Positions 11,260-24,295 of a stretch of DNA of 49,453 bases are shown piece after piece. Each line of letters starts with the position of its first letter. Within the stretch, counting starts at the first letter, position 1. The stretch lies in NCBI RefSeq assembly GCF_006345805.1, contig NW_021834336.1:1-49453 (forward strand). Direction: 5' to 3'. The translations under genes were made by a program, and so were the position numbers. The notes under the pieces are model-generated. The model worked only from the letters and a program-made list of their open reading frames with translations. It was not told the DNA's origin and made no database searches. The DNA comes from Octopus sinensis. Its lineage: Eukaryota.

Positions 11260-12380
11260 TGCTGGTGGTGTCGGTTGTAGTAATGGTTGTGGAGCTGCTA
11301 GTGGTAGTGTGGTGGTATGATTTATGGCTGCGGTAATAGTTGTGGTGACGGTGGGGAGGAGTGTAATTAATAGCCAAGGGATGTAATTAATAGAAATGTT
11401 GTTTCTGCTGTTGATGAAGATGCTCGCGATGGCGATGGTGATGGTTGTCGTGATGGAAGTTGTGATGTTGTTGATGATGATGATGTTGATGATGATGATG
11501 TTGATGATGATGATGTTGATGATGATGATGATGTTGATGATGATGATGATGATGATGATGATTATGATGGTGGTGGTGGTGATGGAGTTAGTGTGATGGT
11601 GGTGAGGTTAGTGGTGGCGGTAGCGGTGGTGATGGTGGTGTGGTAATGATGACGATGATGACGATGTGGTGGCCGTTGGGAAAGGGCTGGCGGGGTTTGT
11701 GATGTTGCTGATGCTGGTGCTTCTGCTGCTGAAGATGATGACGTTGATGATGATGCTAATGATGGTAATGCTGGTTGTTGGTGGGGGTGCAGGTGTTGTC
11801 TTTACTGTAGGCAATAACAAATGATGGTAGCAATGGAGTCCAGAGTATATTTAATAGTCTTGTTATTGTTGTTGTTGTTGTTTTTGGATTCGGTGGTGAT
11901 GATGGTGGTGCTGATGGTGCTGGTGCTGGTGCTGGCTGTGCTAATATGTTTAATGGTGGTGTTGGTGTTGGCGTTGGTGGTGGCGGTTGTAGTGGCCGTT
12001 GTGATGGTGTTGGTGATGGCGGTGGTAACACTTTATTTGATGGTAGTGGTGGTGGTGGCAGTGGTGGTGGTGGTGGTGGGTGGTGGTTGTGGTGGGTGGT
12101 GGTGGTGGTGATGGTGGAGGCCGTCCTCGTCGTTGTGGCAGTAGTGTTGGCGGTGATGATAATACAATTAATGTTGTTGACAATGGTGGTGGCAGTGGTG
12201 GTGATGGTAGTTTTATTGTTGTTCTAATTGTTGCTGCAATTGGTGGTGGTGGTGGTCATTGGAGGAGGGTCATGATATATTTAATGGTTTGTGGGTTGTG
12301 GTGCGGAGGTTATTGATGGTGATGAAGGCGCTGTTAGTAATAGTATAATTAATGTTGGTGGTTGTTATAGTGATGAAAAT
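11260..12380. repeat. Cryptic (GGT)/(GAT)/(GTT) triplet low-complexity block
   Basis: Directly visible; produces poly-V/M/G pseudo-ORFs. Confidence 0.85.
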
Positions 12381-12437
12381 ATAATTAATGGACCAAACAA
12401 ATTAGCTTGTTAGAAAATCCCTGTAAGAGAGGAGAGG

Positions 12438-12892
12438 TAATGCTTATCGCCATTTAAACATGGCTGTTGCATAGGAATCGACGTTACTGCAATTTTTAAG
12501 CCCGGGAGGACGCCTCCTCTGGCTGGTCATTCGATGCAATCTGCACCTGTTCTATATTGCAATCAGGGGAGTGAATCCCTACCATCTCCCAGTCACGATT
12601 GCATGAACAGTGACTGTGTGTCACTTGGATTTTTATACATTGTGAGCTGCTGTGTACTGTTATTTCTAGCGGACGGGTATTCACCTTGGAGGATGACCAC
12701 AAAGCTGTCGAAACCGTACGGTCTGGTAGTCTCGTGAGTAGAAGATGGCAGGAATGCTCTCCCCTGATTGCAATATAAAATGGGTGCAGATTGCATAGAG
12801 TGACCAACTGGAGGAGGCGTCCTCCTGGGGTTAAAAATAGCAATAACATCGGTTCCCACGGAACAGCCATGTTTAACTGGCGATAAACATTA
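12438..12892. mobile_element. Fold-back element with about 160-bp inverted arms and a degenerate HHR-like spacer
   Basis: Arms 12438-12598 and 12732-12892 align end to end; the spacer contains gatgac-cacaaagct-gtc GAAA ccgtacgg TC. Confidence 0.7.
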
Positions 12893-12899
12893 TTATATA

Positions 12900-13138
12900 A
12901 TTAATGGTATTTCGTTGTTGTGGTAATGTAGTTTTATTCTGTTGTTGGTAATAATGATGTTGTAGTTGTTGTTGATAGTATTGGTAGTAGCAGTATAGGT
13001 AGTGATACTGGTATTGGTTGTAGTATTGGTAGTAGTATAAGTATTATTAGTATTATTAGTAGTATAGGTAGTGATGGCTGTGATGGTGGTGGTGGTGGTG
13101 GTAGTGGTGGTGATGGTGGTGATGGTAAGAATCATGTA

Positions 13139-13170
<32 letters not shown>

Positions 13171-13766
13171 TAGTGATATTGGTAGTGATGGTTGTCATGG
13201 CGGTGATGGTTGTGGTGGTGGTATTGGCGGTTGTTTTAGTGGTGGTGGTGCTGCTGCTGCTGTTGGAGCTGGTGGTTCTGGTGGTACTAGTGGTAGTAAC
13301 GATATTGGTAGTGAGATTGTGGTGGTGGTGGTGGTGGTGGTGGTGACGGTGGTTGTGACGGTGGTGGTGGTGGTGGTGGTGGTGGTGGTGGTGGTGGTGG
13401 TGACGGTGGTGGTGGTGACGGTTGTGGTGGTGAGGTGGTGGTGGTGAGGTGGTGGTGTTGGTGACGGTGATGGTGGTGATGATGTTACAATTAGTGATAA
13501 TTCTCTGGGTGGGAGTTAGGGTTAGTATAATAATGTTTATCTGGTTATTTCTCATGGGCAAGGCGGAAGCCCACCCTGTGGTAGTCACCATGTGTGTACA
13601 TTGATGGGTTTAACAGCAGAAGAAGCTTGTTGCCCACGCATACAGACACAAATACACGTTGTGGCTGAGGCTGTTGTTGTTGTTGTTGAGGCTGATGAGG
13701 ATGTCGACGACGACGACGACAATGACAACGACGATAATGAGAACGAGGAGGTGGATAATGATGATT

Positions 13767-13808
<42 letters not shown>

Positions 13809-13981
13809 GTGATGGAGATGGTACAGTGATAATGATAATGACTATGCTATTGGTAACTTTGATGGTGATGATTCTGATAATGGTGATGATGAGGAAGAGG
13901 AGGAGGAAGATGTGGTGGTGGGGGGGGGGGGGGGGGCAGGTAGGGGAGATTTTATTATTATCATCATCATCATCATCATCA

Positions 13982-14013
<32 letters not shown>

Positions 14014-14501
14014 TTTGTAGTGATGGCAGCAAAAGTGTTGTTGTTTGTGGGGGTGGTATTGCAAATGATAAAAATGATGATGATGATGATGATGATCATG
14101 ACGATGACCCGACAATGACAACGACGACGACGACGATGATGATGATGATGAAAACGACGACGACGACGATGATGATGATGAAAACGAGGACAACGACGAC
14201 GACGACGATGATGATGATGATGATGACAGTAGTGAAAATGTTCTCGTGTTGTTGGTAATGTTACTGATGATATAATTATTGGTATTTCAGTTGTTTTTGT
14301 CGTCTTCGTTGTTATTGGAGGTGGTGGTGGTGGCGGCAGCGGCGGCGGCGGTGGTGGTAGCAGTGATGGTGATGGTGGTGGCGACGATGGTGATGGTGGT
14401 GATGGTGGTGGCGGTGATGGTGATGGCGGCGATGGAGATGGTGGTGATAGTGGTGGTAGTGGTAGTGGTCCTCGTTGTTGTTGCTATTATTCATGCTGTT
14501 G

Positions 14502-14545
<44 letters not shown>
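12900..14545. repeat. Triplet low-complexity block ((GGT), (GTA), (GAT), (GAC), (TTA)) including a long G run at about 13920-13937
   Basis: Directly visible. Confidence 0.85.
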
Positions 14546-14562
<17 letters not shown>

Positions 14563-15033
14563 GTGTGAGGGAATGTCTTTACTTTTCTTGTCTGCAGATT
14601 TTTGAAGAACCATTATTCGAAGCACTAAGCTCTCTTGTTTATTCCTTGCATATCAAAAGTAAGGATGTCGTAGTTTGTGTGTGTGGGGGGGGGGGCGGTT
14701 GTTAGTGGTTTACATTTGATGAATTTCTATATTTAACACACACTGCGTGGCACCTTGAAAAGCTGCTTTTTGCTAAAACCTCGGGTCGATCAAAACATTG
14801 TGAGTTGATTTGGTAGACGGAAACTGGAAGAAGCCCGTCGTATACATATGTTATTTTCTCATTTTTATTATTTTTGACCGACCAGGATATCAGATGTTGT
14901 TACACATCGCTGGTCACAATGCTCTTCGCATTGTTTAGCCTTTGAATGACGCCACCCCGCTGGCTAAGCGACCAGGCCATATATATACATACAACACACA
15001 CACACACATTATATATATATATATATATATATA

Positions 15034-15541
15034 TACAGTGTACATTTAAACACATAGGAGGTATCCTTCATAGGATTCCTTTCCCGCTAGCAGGAACAGC
15101 TAGAGTCCAAACCACTATTAGGGATAAAAACTCGAAAGGAATGAAAAATAAAAACATTTACCATCTATTTCCTGGACCGTGATTTCTGACTTTTTTTAGC
15201 AAATAATTTGCTAGGCGAAGTCTTCATCAACAGGTACGCCTAGATCAAACATATAAACACGAGGCAAATCCAGCATGTGTCTCTTGCTTATACATCATCA
15301 TTTTTCAAATCCACAGCGCAAGCGCAGTTTTTTGTCGGCAACAAAAACAATACCAGTATTTCTTCGAACAATTCTCCAGAAAATATTATCAATTATTAAT
15401 ATCGGGGTTATAAATATTTTAGAAATTTTTACTACCTGTGGCCTAAGCGTGTAGAAAAATTAGTCAATAGACTATATATTATTCATATAAATACAGTGTA
15501 CATTTAAACACATAAGAGGTATCCTTCATAGGATTCCTTTC
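15034..15541 (-). mobile_element. Partial-tandem element with 50-bp direct repeats and a degenerate HHR (PLE pLTR-like or retrozyme-like)
   Basis: tacagtgtacatttaaacacatagga...ggattcctttc occurs at 15034-15083 and 15492-15541 with 1 mismatch. The element abuts (TA)n and has an HHR-like motif at 15171-15234 on the minus strand. Confidence 0.6.
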
Positions 15542-15569
15542 ACGTTATATATTTGTATATGCATATATT

Positions 15570-15812
15570 TGTGTGTGTGTGTTTGTTCCGCTTCCGTGAC
15601 AATCGATGTTGGTGTGTTTATATCCACGTAACTTAGAGGTTCAGCAAAAGAGACCGATAGAATAAGTACTAGGCTTACAAAGAATAAGTCACGGGGTCGA
15701 TTTCTTCGACTAACAAACACCATTTAAGGCGGTGCTCCAGCATGGCTGCTATCAAATGAAACAAGTAAAAGAATAAAAGAATAAAAGAATCAAAGAATCA
15801 AAGAATCAAAGA
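15570..15812 (+). mobile_element. D part of a C-D SINE with an 8-bp repeated tail (aaaagaat/caaagaat)
   Basis: Homology to the D module. Confidence 0.8.
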
Positions 15813-15879
15813 ATACATTCACATGAACATTGATGGTTCGGTCTTTAGCAATTACTTTCAAGATTATGAGCAATGGAAG

Positions 15880-16599
15880 TCTTGGACATTATTACTACTG
15901 CTGCTACTGCTACTGCTGCTGCTGCTACTACTGCTACTGCTGCTGCTTCTGCTACTGCTACTGCCGCCGCTACTACAACAGCCGTTGCAGTCGCCGTCAC
16001 TAACATCAATACCCAAGACCGTCAGCACTGTGGCTACTGCAACCACCACCACCGCCACAAGCAACGTCACCACCACCACACCTACCATCACTACCACACC
16101 TACCACCACCACTATCATCACTAGCATCACTAACACTACCAACACTACCATTATCATCATCACCACCACTATCACCACCACCACAACAACAATCGCCATC
16201 ACCTCTAACATCACCCCTACAGCTACCAGCACCGCCAGCACCGCCACCACAACCACCACCACCACCACTATCATCACTAACACCACCATCACCACTACCA
16301 CCACAACTATCACGATCAACTCTAACATCACCACTACGTCTACCACGGGCATCACCACCACCAACACCACCCCGCCGCCGCCTTCACCACCATCACCACC
16401 ACCTCCACCGCCGCCATAACCACTACTACCAACATCATCATCACTGCCACCACCACCACCACCAACACCACTACCACCACATCTACCACCAACACAACCA
16501 CAATAACACATCACCATCATCACCACCACAATCACCACCACCACCATCCTCACTACCGCCACCACTGTCATAACAATCACCACCACCATCATTATTACC
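15880..16599. repeat. (ACC)/(ACT)/(GCT) triplet low-complexity block
   Basis: Directly visible. Confidence 0.85.
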
Positions 16600-16827
16600 T
16601 ATTTCTTTACTGCCCACAAGGGGCTACACACAGAAGGGACAAACAAGGACAGGCAAACGGATTAAGTCGATTATATCGACCCCAGTGCGTAACTGGTACT
16701 TATTTAATCGACCCTGAAAGGATGAAAGGCAAAGTCGACCTCAGCGGAATTTGAACTCAGAACGTAACGTCAGACGAAATACGGCTACGCATTTCGCCCG
16801 GCTTGCTAACGGTTCTGCCAGCTCACC
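16600..16827 (-). mobile_element. Full-length family A SINE with 16-bp TSD
   Basis: caccatcattattacc at 16584-16599 and 16824-16839. Confidence 0.9.
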
Positions 16828-16853
16828 ATCATTATTACCAGCATGGTTCTACT

Positions 16854-17084
16854 GGCGGCGAACTGGCAGAAACGTTAGCACGCCGGGCGAAATGCCTAGC
16901 AGTATTTCGTTTGCCGCTACGTTCTGAGTTCAAATTCCGCCGAGGTCGACTTTGCCTTTCATCCTTTCGGGGTCGATTAAATAAGTACCAGTTACGCACT
17001 GGGGTCGATATAATCGACTTAATCCGTTTGTCTGTCCTTCTTTATCCCCTCTATGTTTAGCCCCTTGTGGGTAGTAAAGAAATA
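16854..17084 (+). mobile_element. Full-length family A SINE with 14-bp TSD
   Basis: ggttctactggcgg at 16845-16858 and 17085-17098. Confidence 0.9.
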
Positions 17085-17449
17085 GGTTCTACTGGCGGTG
17101 TCTGCTTGGTCGCGCAACCTTATGAAAATAGCAGCCAAATCTGATCCCTCGTTGGCGGATTCTTTCTAGGTTTGTTGGAATAAGGGCTGGTTTGGTGAAC
17201 AGTACCTTGGTATGATAGAGGAGAGCATATAACTAATGGGGTTTAAGAGAAAATAAGGGAACCGTGTTTTATGAGTATACCTGAATGCGTGTGACCGATT
17301 TACTATGTGTATGTATGTGTTTGTGTATATGTATCTATGTGTTCATATATATATATGTGGTGTTTGTGTGTGTGTGTGAGTGAGTGTGTGTGTATGTGTG
17401 TGTGTGTATTGTGTACTTTATACGTATATGTGTGTGTGTTGCTACTGTT

Positions 17450-17652
17450 GCTTCGCTGTAATAGCAGTAGTTGCAGCAGCAGCTGTAGTTGTAGTAGTAG
17501 TAGTAGTAGTAGTAGTAAGAGGAGGAGGAGAAGGAGGAGAGGGAGGAGAAGGAGAAGGAGGAGAAGGAGGAGAAGGTGAAGGAGGAGAAGGAGAAGGAGG
17601 AGGAGGAGAAGGAGGAGGAGGAGGGGGACCTGGGGCAGTAGCAGCAGCAGCT

Positions 17653-17693
<41 letters not shown>

Positions 17694-18238
17694 TACTGTT
17701 GTTGTTAGTGATGATGTCTGCCGTGAGTAGTGACGCAAGCCTAATTAATTTGCAGGTGACGCCAGTCGTTAATGAATTAATGACGCCAATTTTTTTTTTG
17801 TTTTTTGTTTATTTTTTTAAAGGAAAATAGGTTAAATCGTAAAATAAAAAGAAACAAAAGGAAAAAAATAAAGGAAAGGTATTTTGGAAACTAACATACA
17901 CTCCACCGCCAATACCAACACCACCCCCGTCACCAATAACACCACCACTACACCCACCACCACCACAACCACTATCGTCACCTCATCAACATCACCACAA
18001 ATTACACTTAAGAACGCAACCAACACTTTCACCAGCACCACCAAGAAAACCATCCATCACCACCAACACACAACCACAGGGAAAATGCTGGCACTCGGTC
18101 GGTTGCGACGATGACTGTTCCAGTTGATCCAATCAACAGAGCAGCAGCAGCAGCTGTAGTAGTAGTAGCAGCAGCAGCAACAGCAGCAACAGCAGCAACA
18201 GCAGCAACAGCAGCAACAGCAGCAACAGCAGCAGCAGC

Positions 18239-18276
<38 letters not shown>

Positions 18277-18344
18277 AGGTGGTGATAGTGAGGAAGGGTA
18301 GTGCTGGTACTGTTGTTGTTGTTGGTGGTGTGCTGTTGCTGCAA

Positions 18345-18410
<66 letters not shown>

Positions 18411-18480
18411 TGGTGGTGGGGATAGTGAGGAAGGTAGTGTTGGTACTGTTGTTGGTGGTGGTGGTGCTTTTAATTTGCCG
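17450..18480. repeat. Triplet low-complexity block including a near-pure purine (GGA/GAA) tract at 17517-17628
   Basis: Directly visible. Confidence 0.85.
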
Positions 18481-19097
18481 GGGCAACTCATTTTTTTGCC
18501 TGCTGAGTGGACCAGAGTAACGTGTCCTTGAGTGTTTTGCTGAAGGACAAAACGTACCGCCGGGGATCGAAACCAACGTCTTACGATCGAGAGCCGAACC
18601 ACGCTCCTTCACCGCTCACAGTGACTTTACTACTGACTCCAACACCAGCACCACAACCACCAACACTAGCATCACAACCAACCCGAACAACACAAAGCCA
18701 TCGTAACCAATAGCAATAGTAACACCACTTACAACAACCGCCAACGCCAATACAGAAATGACATCTCAAATCAGCGCCGTCTTCACCACCACCACTGACA
18801 ACCAGCATGACCATAAACACCAAAACCATCATCACCGTGAATGTTTGTACGAGCGAGTGTACCTGCGCCATACAACCTAAGCACGGGCGTTTGTACATCC
18901 ATATCTGTTAACGGTTATATTCAATACTTTTTACAAACAGTATTGTGTATTCGTTTCTTTTTGCATCTCATATTTATCACTGATCTTCTACAATAAAAAA
19001 AAGAAGTGAAGCTGTATCCTTTAATTTGCTTCTTTTCTATACTCAAACCGAGAAGATATACAGCGAAACAGTTGTTATTTTAATGAGATACATCTTG

Positions 19098-19207
19098 TAA
19101 TCGCCTGAAGAGGCACATCTACACCGACGAATACTCCTAAACTAGTTGTTAAATATTCCACCCGTGAGGGATCGATGCTAGATGAGTCGAAACAATTGCA
19201 GCGATTA
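19098..19207 (+). ncRNA. Type I hammerhead-like motif with a long stem II insert, in a PLE-like 3' end
   Basis: taatcgc|CTGAAGA|ggcacatcta...tagatgagtc|GAAA|caattg|CA|gcgatta, then aataaac and (TA)n. Position 16.1 is C rather than the conserved U. Confidence 0.6.
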
Positions 19208-19258
19208 ATAAACATTCTCGTATCTTCCAGTTGCCGTCTCTCTCTTAATCTTATATAT

Positions 19259-19301
<43 letters not shown>

Positions 19302-19494
19302 TAATCATATATATACACACACATACACATAATAATAATATACACAGATTATATACAATAACATATATATATATATATAATATATATATAATATAATATA
19401 TTATATATTATATATATATATGCATATATACTACATATACATATATATATATTTACAAAACACACACACACACATATATATGTCTGTATATTTG

Positions 19495-19573
19495 TATAGG
19501 TAAAACCATCCAGATCTCTGAGTACCTTATTTTTTCTAATATATAATATCTGTACATCACCTCCAAACCTTCT
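19495..19573 (+). mobile_element. PLE-like 3' terminal fragment, same family as the arms of 27061-27360
   Basis: catccagatctctgagtaccttattttttctaatatataatatctgtacatcacctccaaaccttct is the reverse complement homolog of 27061-27125. Confidence 0.6.
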
Positions 19574-19609
19574 AATATATGCGCACATACACACACACAC
19601 ACACACACA

Positions 19610-19660
<51 letters not shown>

Positions 19661-19944
19661 TTATATATATACACAAATGTATGTATGGGTACAGGACGTC
19701 ACCGCCTGTAAACAACAAGAAGTACAAAAACAAACGAGTGAAATACACAAATAATGTGAGAAAAATGGAAAACAGAACAAGTAACACAAAGGACGACCCT
19801 TCATCAGTTGTCAGCTGTCTGTCTATCCTCATCGTCGTTTGTGCATTAAATCGACATTTATCTCTCACTGGATGGAGTACTTTTTTGTGTTATTCTACTT
19901 TTATTAGATCTTTAAACCATTAGATCCATTATATATATATATAT

Positions 19945-20011
<67 letters not shown>

Positions 20012-20021
20012 TATGTATATA

Positions 20022-20132
<111 letters not shown>

Positions 20133-20296
20133 TCTAGTCATTTAGTCATTTAGGTGTTACACTTATGGTCACATCGTGTTCTTGAGCAAAACACTTCATT
20201 TCGCGTTGCTCCATTTCAGCTATTAATATATAATATCTATATTATATATTATTATATATATATATATATATAGATATATATCTATATATATATATT

Positions 20297-20334
<38 letters not shown>

Positions 20335-20345
20335 GATATATATAT

Positions 20346-20496
20346 ACAACGGGCTTCATTCAGTTTTCGTCTACCAAATCCACTCACAAGGCTTTGGTCG
20401 GCCCGAGGCTATAGTAGAAGAACTTGAGCAAGGTTCCACGCAGTGGGACTGAACCCGGAGCCATGTGGTTGGTAAGCAAGCTACTTACCACACAGC

Positions 20497-20500
<4 letters not shown>
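20346..20500 (-). mobile_element. C part of a C-D SINE
   Basis: Homology to the C module. Confidence 0.8.
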
Positions 20501-20538
<38 letters not shown>

Positions 20539-21335
20539 GCACACACATACATGCATATATATGTACATATAAGTAAGGATATATATATATATTTGTGTGT
20601 GTGTATGTGTTGTGTATGTGTGTGTATGTGTGTGTGTGTGTGTGTGTTTGTGTGTGTGTACACTTTCATAGAGATATCCAAAAATATGCCCAGCTGCATT
20701 TACAAATAAACGCACGATCTAACATGATACTTCACACACTCATACATGTACACGGAATCAGATTCATCCCACAGACACAACGCACACACACACACACACA
20801 CACACCACATACACACACATACACACACACATTCATATACGTACAAATATATACACGCTGAAGGGAACAAAAACAACATGTCAGGCGTTTAATAACATAG
20901 TCGTGCTATTTTATTAAACACCTGGCAAAACACAATCAGCAACAACAGCATCATCATCATCATCATCATCACCATCATCATCACCGTCATCATCATCATC
21001 ATCATCATCATCGTCATCATCGCCGTCATCATCAGCAACTTCGATATCACAATTACTAACACTGCTACCACTACAACCACCACTACCATCGCCACCGCCA
21101 TCGAACCTCTGCACGAAGAATCTGAAATCTGTTGGTGATGATGGCGGTTTGGTGGTGATGATGTTTAGCCCCAAGTTGACCTTTATCGATAGACATATGA
21201 TTAAAAGCGTTCCAGTAGTGATATCCTCATTTATATATAATAGAAGACGCTTGTCCAAGGTACCACGCATTGGGACTGAACACGAAACCGTGTGGTTGCA
21301 ACGGGATTGTCTTAACCCCACAGCCATACCCCTCA

Positions 21336-21419
<84 letters not shown>

Positions 21420-21494
21420 ATACATTATATATATAGGAATGGGTGTGTTGTAAGTAGCTGGCTTACCAGAAAGAAGCCCGTCGTATATATATCT

Positions 21495-21541
21495 ATAGAT
21501 AGACAGACAGATAGATAGATAGATAGATAGATGGATGGATG

Positions 21542-21624
<83 letters not shown>
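21495..21624. repeat. (GATA)n microsatellite
   Basis: Directly visible. Confidence 0.95.
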
Positions 21625-22070
21625 GGCGAGCTGGCAGAAACGTTAGCACGCCGGGCGAAATGCGTAGCCGTATTTCGTCTGGCGTTACGTCCTGAGTTCA
21701 AATTCCGCCGAGGTCGACTTTGCCTTTCATCCTTTCTGGGTTGATAAATAAAGTACCAGTTTCGCACTGGGGTCTATGTAATCGACTTAATCCCTTTGTC
21801 TGTCCTTGTTTGTCCCCTCTATGTTTAGCCCCTTGTGGGTAGTAAAGAAATATATATGTATATGTTTGTGTGTCTGTGTTTGTCTACCACCACCATTGTT
21901 CGACAACCGATGTTGGTGTGTTTACGTGCCCATAACTTAGCGGTTCGTCAAAACAGCCCGATAGAATGAGTACTAGGCTTGCAAAAATAAGTTTTGGGTT
22001 CGATTTGTTCGACTAAAGGCAGTGCTCTAGCATGGCTGCAGTCAAATGAGGCAAACAAGTAAAAGAATTT
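21625..22070 (+). mobile_element. Family A SINE (21625-21852) followed by a D module (about 21860-22070)
   Basis: Homology to the A and D modules. Confidence 0.85.
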
Positions 22071-22382
22071 TTAAAATGTGTGTGTGTGTGTGTGTGTGTG
22101 TGTCTGTGTGTGTGTGTGTCTGTGTGTGTGTGTGTCTGTGTGGTTGTGTCTGTGTGCGTATGTGTGAGTGGCGACATTGTGACTTATTGAGGCAATGTTT
22201 TAATACCGTCATCTACGTTACTTTTCATTGACAAAATCTTTTGATAAACTATTTGTAAACGCCAACTTAATTGCAGGCCCTAAATACTAAGTGTAATAAA
22301 AAATCTATGTGTACTAATTTATACTTGCCATGACTGAGTCTCTCACATTCTCTCTCTCTCCCTCCCAATCTCGCTACACACA

Positions 22383-22419
<37 letters not shown>

Positions 22420-22577
22420 ACACGCGCGCGAGCGCACACACACACAGAAAGGATTCCTAAAAATACCCTCCCTTAAAGTACGGAGTGCCCTGCACAAAAC
22501 TGCAGTGTCTTCTGGATCACTGTTTTAAAAAGAGACTAAGAGATTATCTGTTAAACAGCTAAGTTACGTGAGGCGTT

Positions 22578-22846
22578 GCTTCTTCTTCTTCTTCTTCTTC
22601 TTCTTTTTCTTCCAATCAGGACTAACGCCATTAGCCACAATGAATAACCTCTAATTCGAGCCTACTCTAAGCTACGAAGAATGCGTATGGCAACTTGAAG
22701 ATCCACCCACCACAACTGATGGTTGCATGGGCGCGAAAGCTACGTTGTTATCCTCATTCTGTAAACAGTGGCTTTTAACGGGTGAAGAGCTAAATCATCC
22801 TAGATTCGCAAACTAGACTAGGGTCTGAAAGTTTACCACACCTTAG
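22578..22846 (-). mobile_element. Retroposon fragment with (GAA)n tail
   Basis: Reverse-complement homolog of 34805-35088; both end in (GAA)n. Confidence 0.65.
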
Positions 22847-23137
22847 TGAAAGGCAAAGTCGACCTCGGCGGAATATGAACTCAGAACGTAGCGGCAGACG
22901 AAATACCTATTTCTTTACTACCCAGAAAGGGCTAACACAGAGAGGACAAACAAGGACAGACAAACGGATTAAGTCGATTATACCGACCCCAGTGCGTAAC
23001 TGGTACTTAGTTTATCGACCCCGAAAGGATGAAAGGCAAAGTCGACCTCGGCGTAATTTGAACTCGGAACGTAACGGCAGACGAAATACGGCTAAGCATT
23101 TCGTCCGGCGTGCTAACGTTTCTGCCAGCTCGCCGCC
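22847..23137 (-). mobile_element. Family A SINE dimer (full unit plus 5'-truncated unit)
   Basis: Junction cagacgaaatacc|tatttctttactaccc at 22907/22908. Confidence 0.85.
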
Positions 23138-23322
23138 CTTCTGCAACTGGTAATAATAATGTTAGTAGTTGAGATTGATAATGGTAGCAATTGGTACTAC
23201 TTTTGCAAACAGTAGGGACTGATAATTCTTGCAATTGATGCTGGCAATGGTAGCAGTTGTTGCTGATAAGGCTACGGTACCAACAATGCTGTTTATATCA
23301 TCTTTTAACTTTAATCAAATGT

Positions 23323-23411
<89 letters not shown>

Positions 23412-23469
23412 GTGTGTGTGCGCGCGTGTGTGTGTGTGTGTGTCATGACATACATTTAGCATTATCACA

Positions 23470-23877
23470 TGCCTCTTTCAAAAGTTAAGCGAAGAATTTG
23501 GAATTTCCTATTGCTGAAACGCATAATTGGTTCTGAAAATCATCTGTCAGACGAACATCAATACAGTAGCTTGTATAAAACATTAAATGATGGCTCAGCA
23601 CCTTTGAAAATTGCTTCTGATTGCAAAACCAGATGGTTTGTCTATTCAACCAGCTGTTGAAAGAATTGTGAACCAACAGTTAGAACCGAAGGCACAGTTT
23701 GAAATAACAAGACTAAATAGAAAACGTTACACGGCTGCTGTCCCTTATGAGATATACCCTGACGAAATGGAAAAAAAAAAAACGAAAGAAAGAAAGAAAA
23801 AGACATTGGCATTCCTTCTTGTCTTACATTCCATCTTCATTAAAGTGCTAAAAGAACAAAAATTATTTGGATCGTAA
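23470..23877 (+). pseudogene. hAT transposase fragment
   Basis: Frames join as AETHNWF*KSSVRR.../YSSLYKTLNDGSAPLKIASDCKTRW/LSIQPAVERIVNQQLEPKAQFEITRLNRKRYTA...LAFLLVLHSIF, containing the hAT TRWxS motif; frameshifted. Confidence 0.65.
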
Positions 23878-23917
23878 AATATTGATTTAGTAAAATTATC
23901 GAACGGTCTGGTTATAT

Positions 23918-24132
23918 GAGCTGGCAGAAACGTTAGCGCGCCGGGCGAAATGCTTAGCGATATTTCGTCTGTCGCTACGTTCTGAGTTCAAATTCCGCCG
24001 AGGTCGACTTTGCCTTTCATCCTCTCGGGGTCGATAAATAAAGTACCAGTTACGCACTGGGGTCGATGTAATCGACTTAATCCCTTTGTCTGTCCCCTCT
24101 ATGTTTAGCCCCTTGTGGGTAGTAAAGAAATA
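23918..24132 (+). mobile_element. Family A SINE
   Basis: Homology to the A consensus. Confidence 0.9.
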
Positions 24133-24295
24133 TATATACTTTGTAAATCAATTGATAATTGGTTGGTGCTGCCAACATGCAAATCTGGTTTGTTCACTTG
24201 TAATATAGTGGTGGATAAGGTGGATGGGGTCGTGGATTGTAACTACCGTAGTTGTGTCTCAGTGGTGGTCATCGATGGTGGTTGCGATGGTGGTG

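Noticed and set aside
12893-16592. Long Thr/His/Val/Asp-rich ORFs (mucin-like or acidic-protein-like)
   Set aside because: They are open in multiple frames and on both strands because of triplet composition, with no splice or complexity evidence.
19790-19815. Minus-strand ctgatgaaggg as another hammerhead
   Set aside because: No downstream GAAA, stem III or cleavage triplet could be found.
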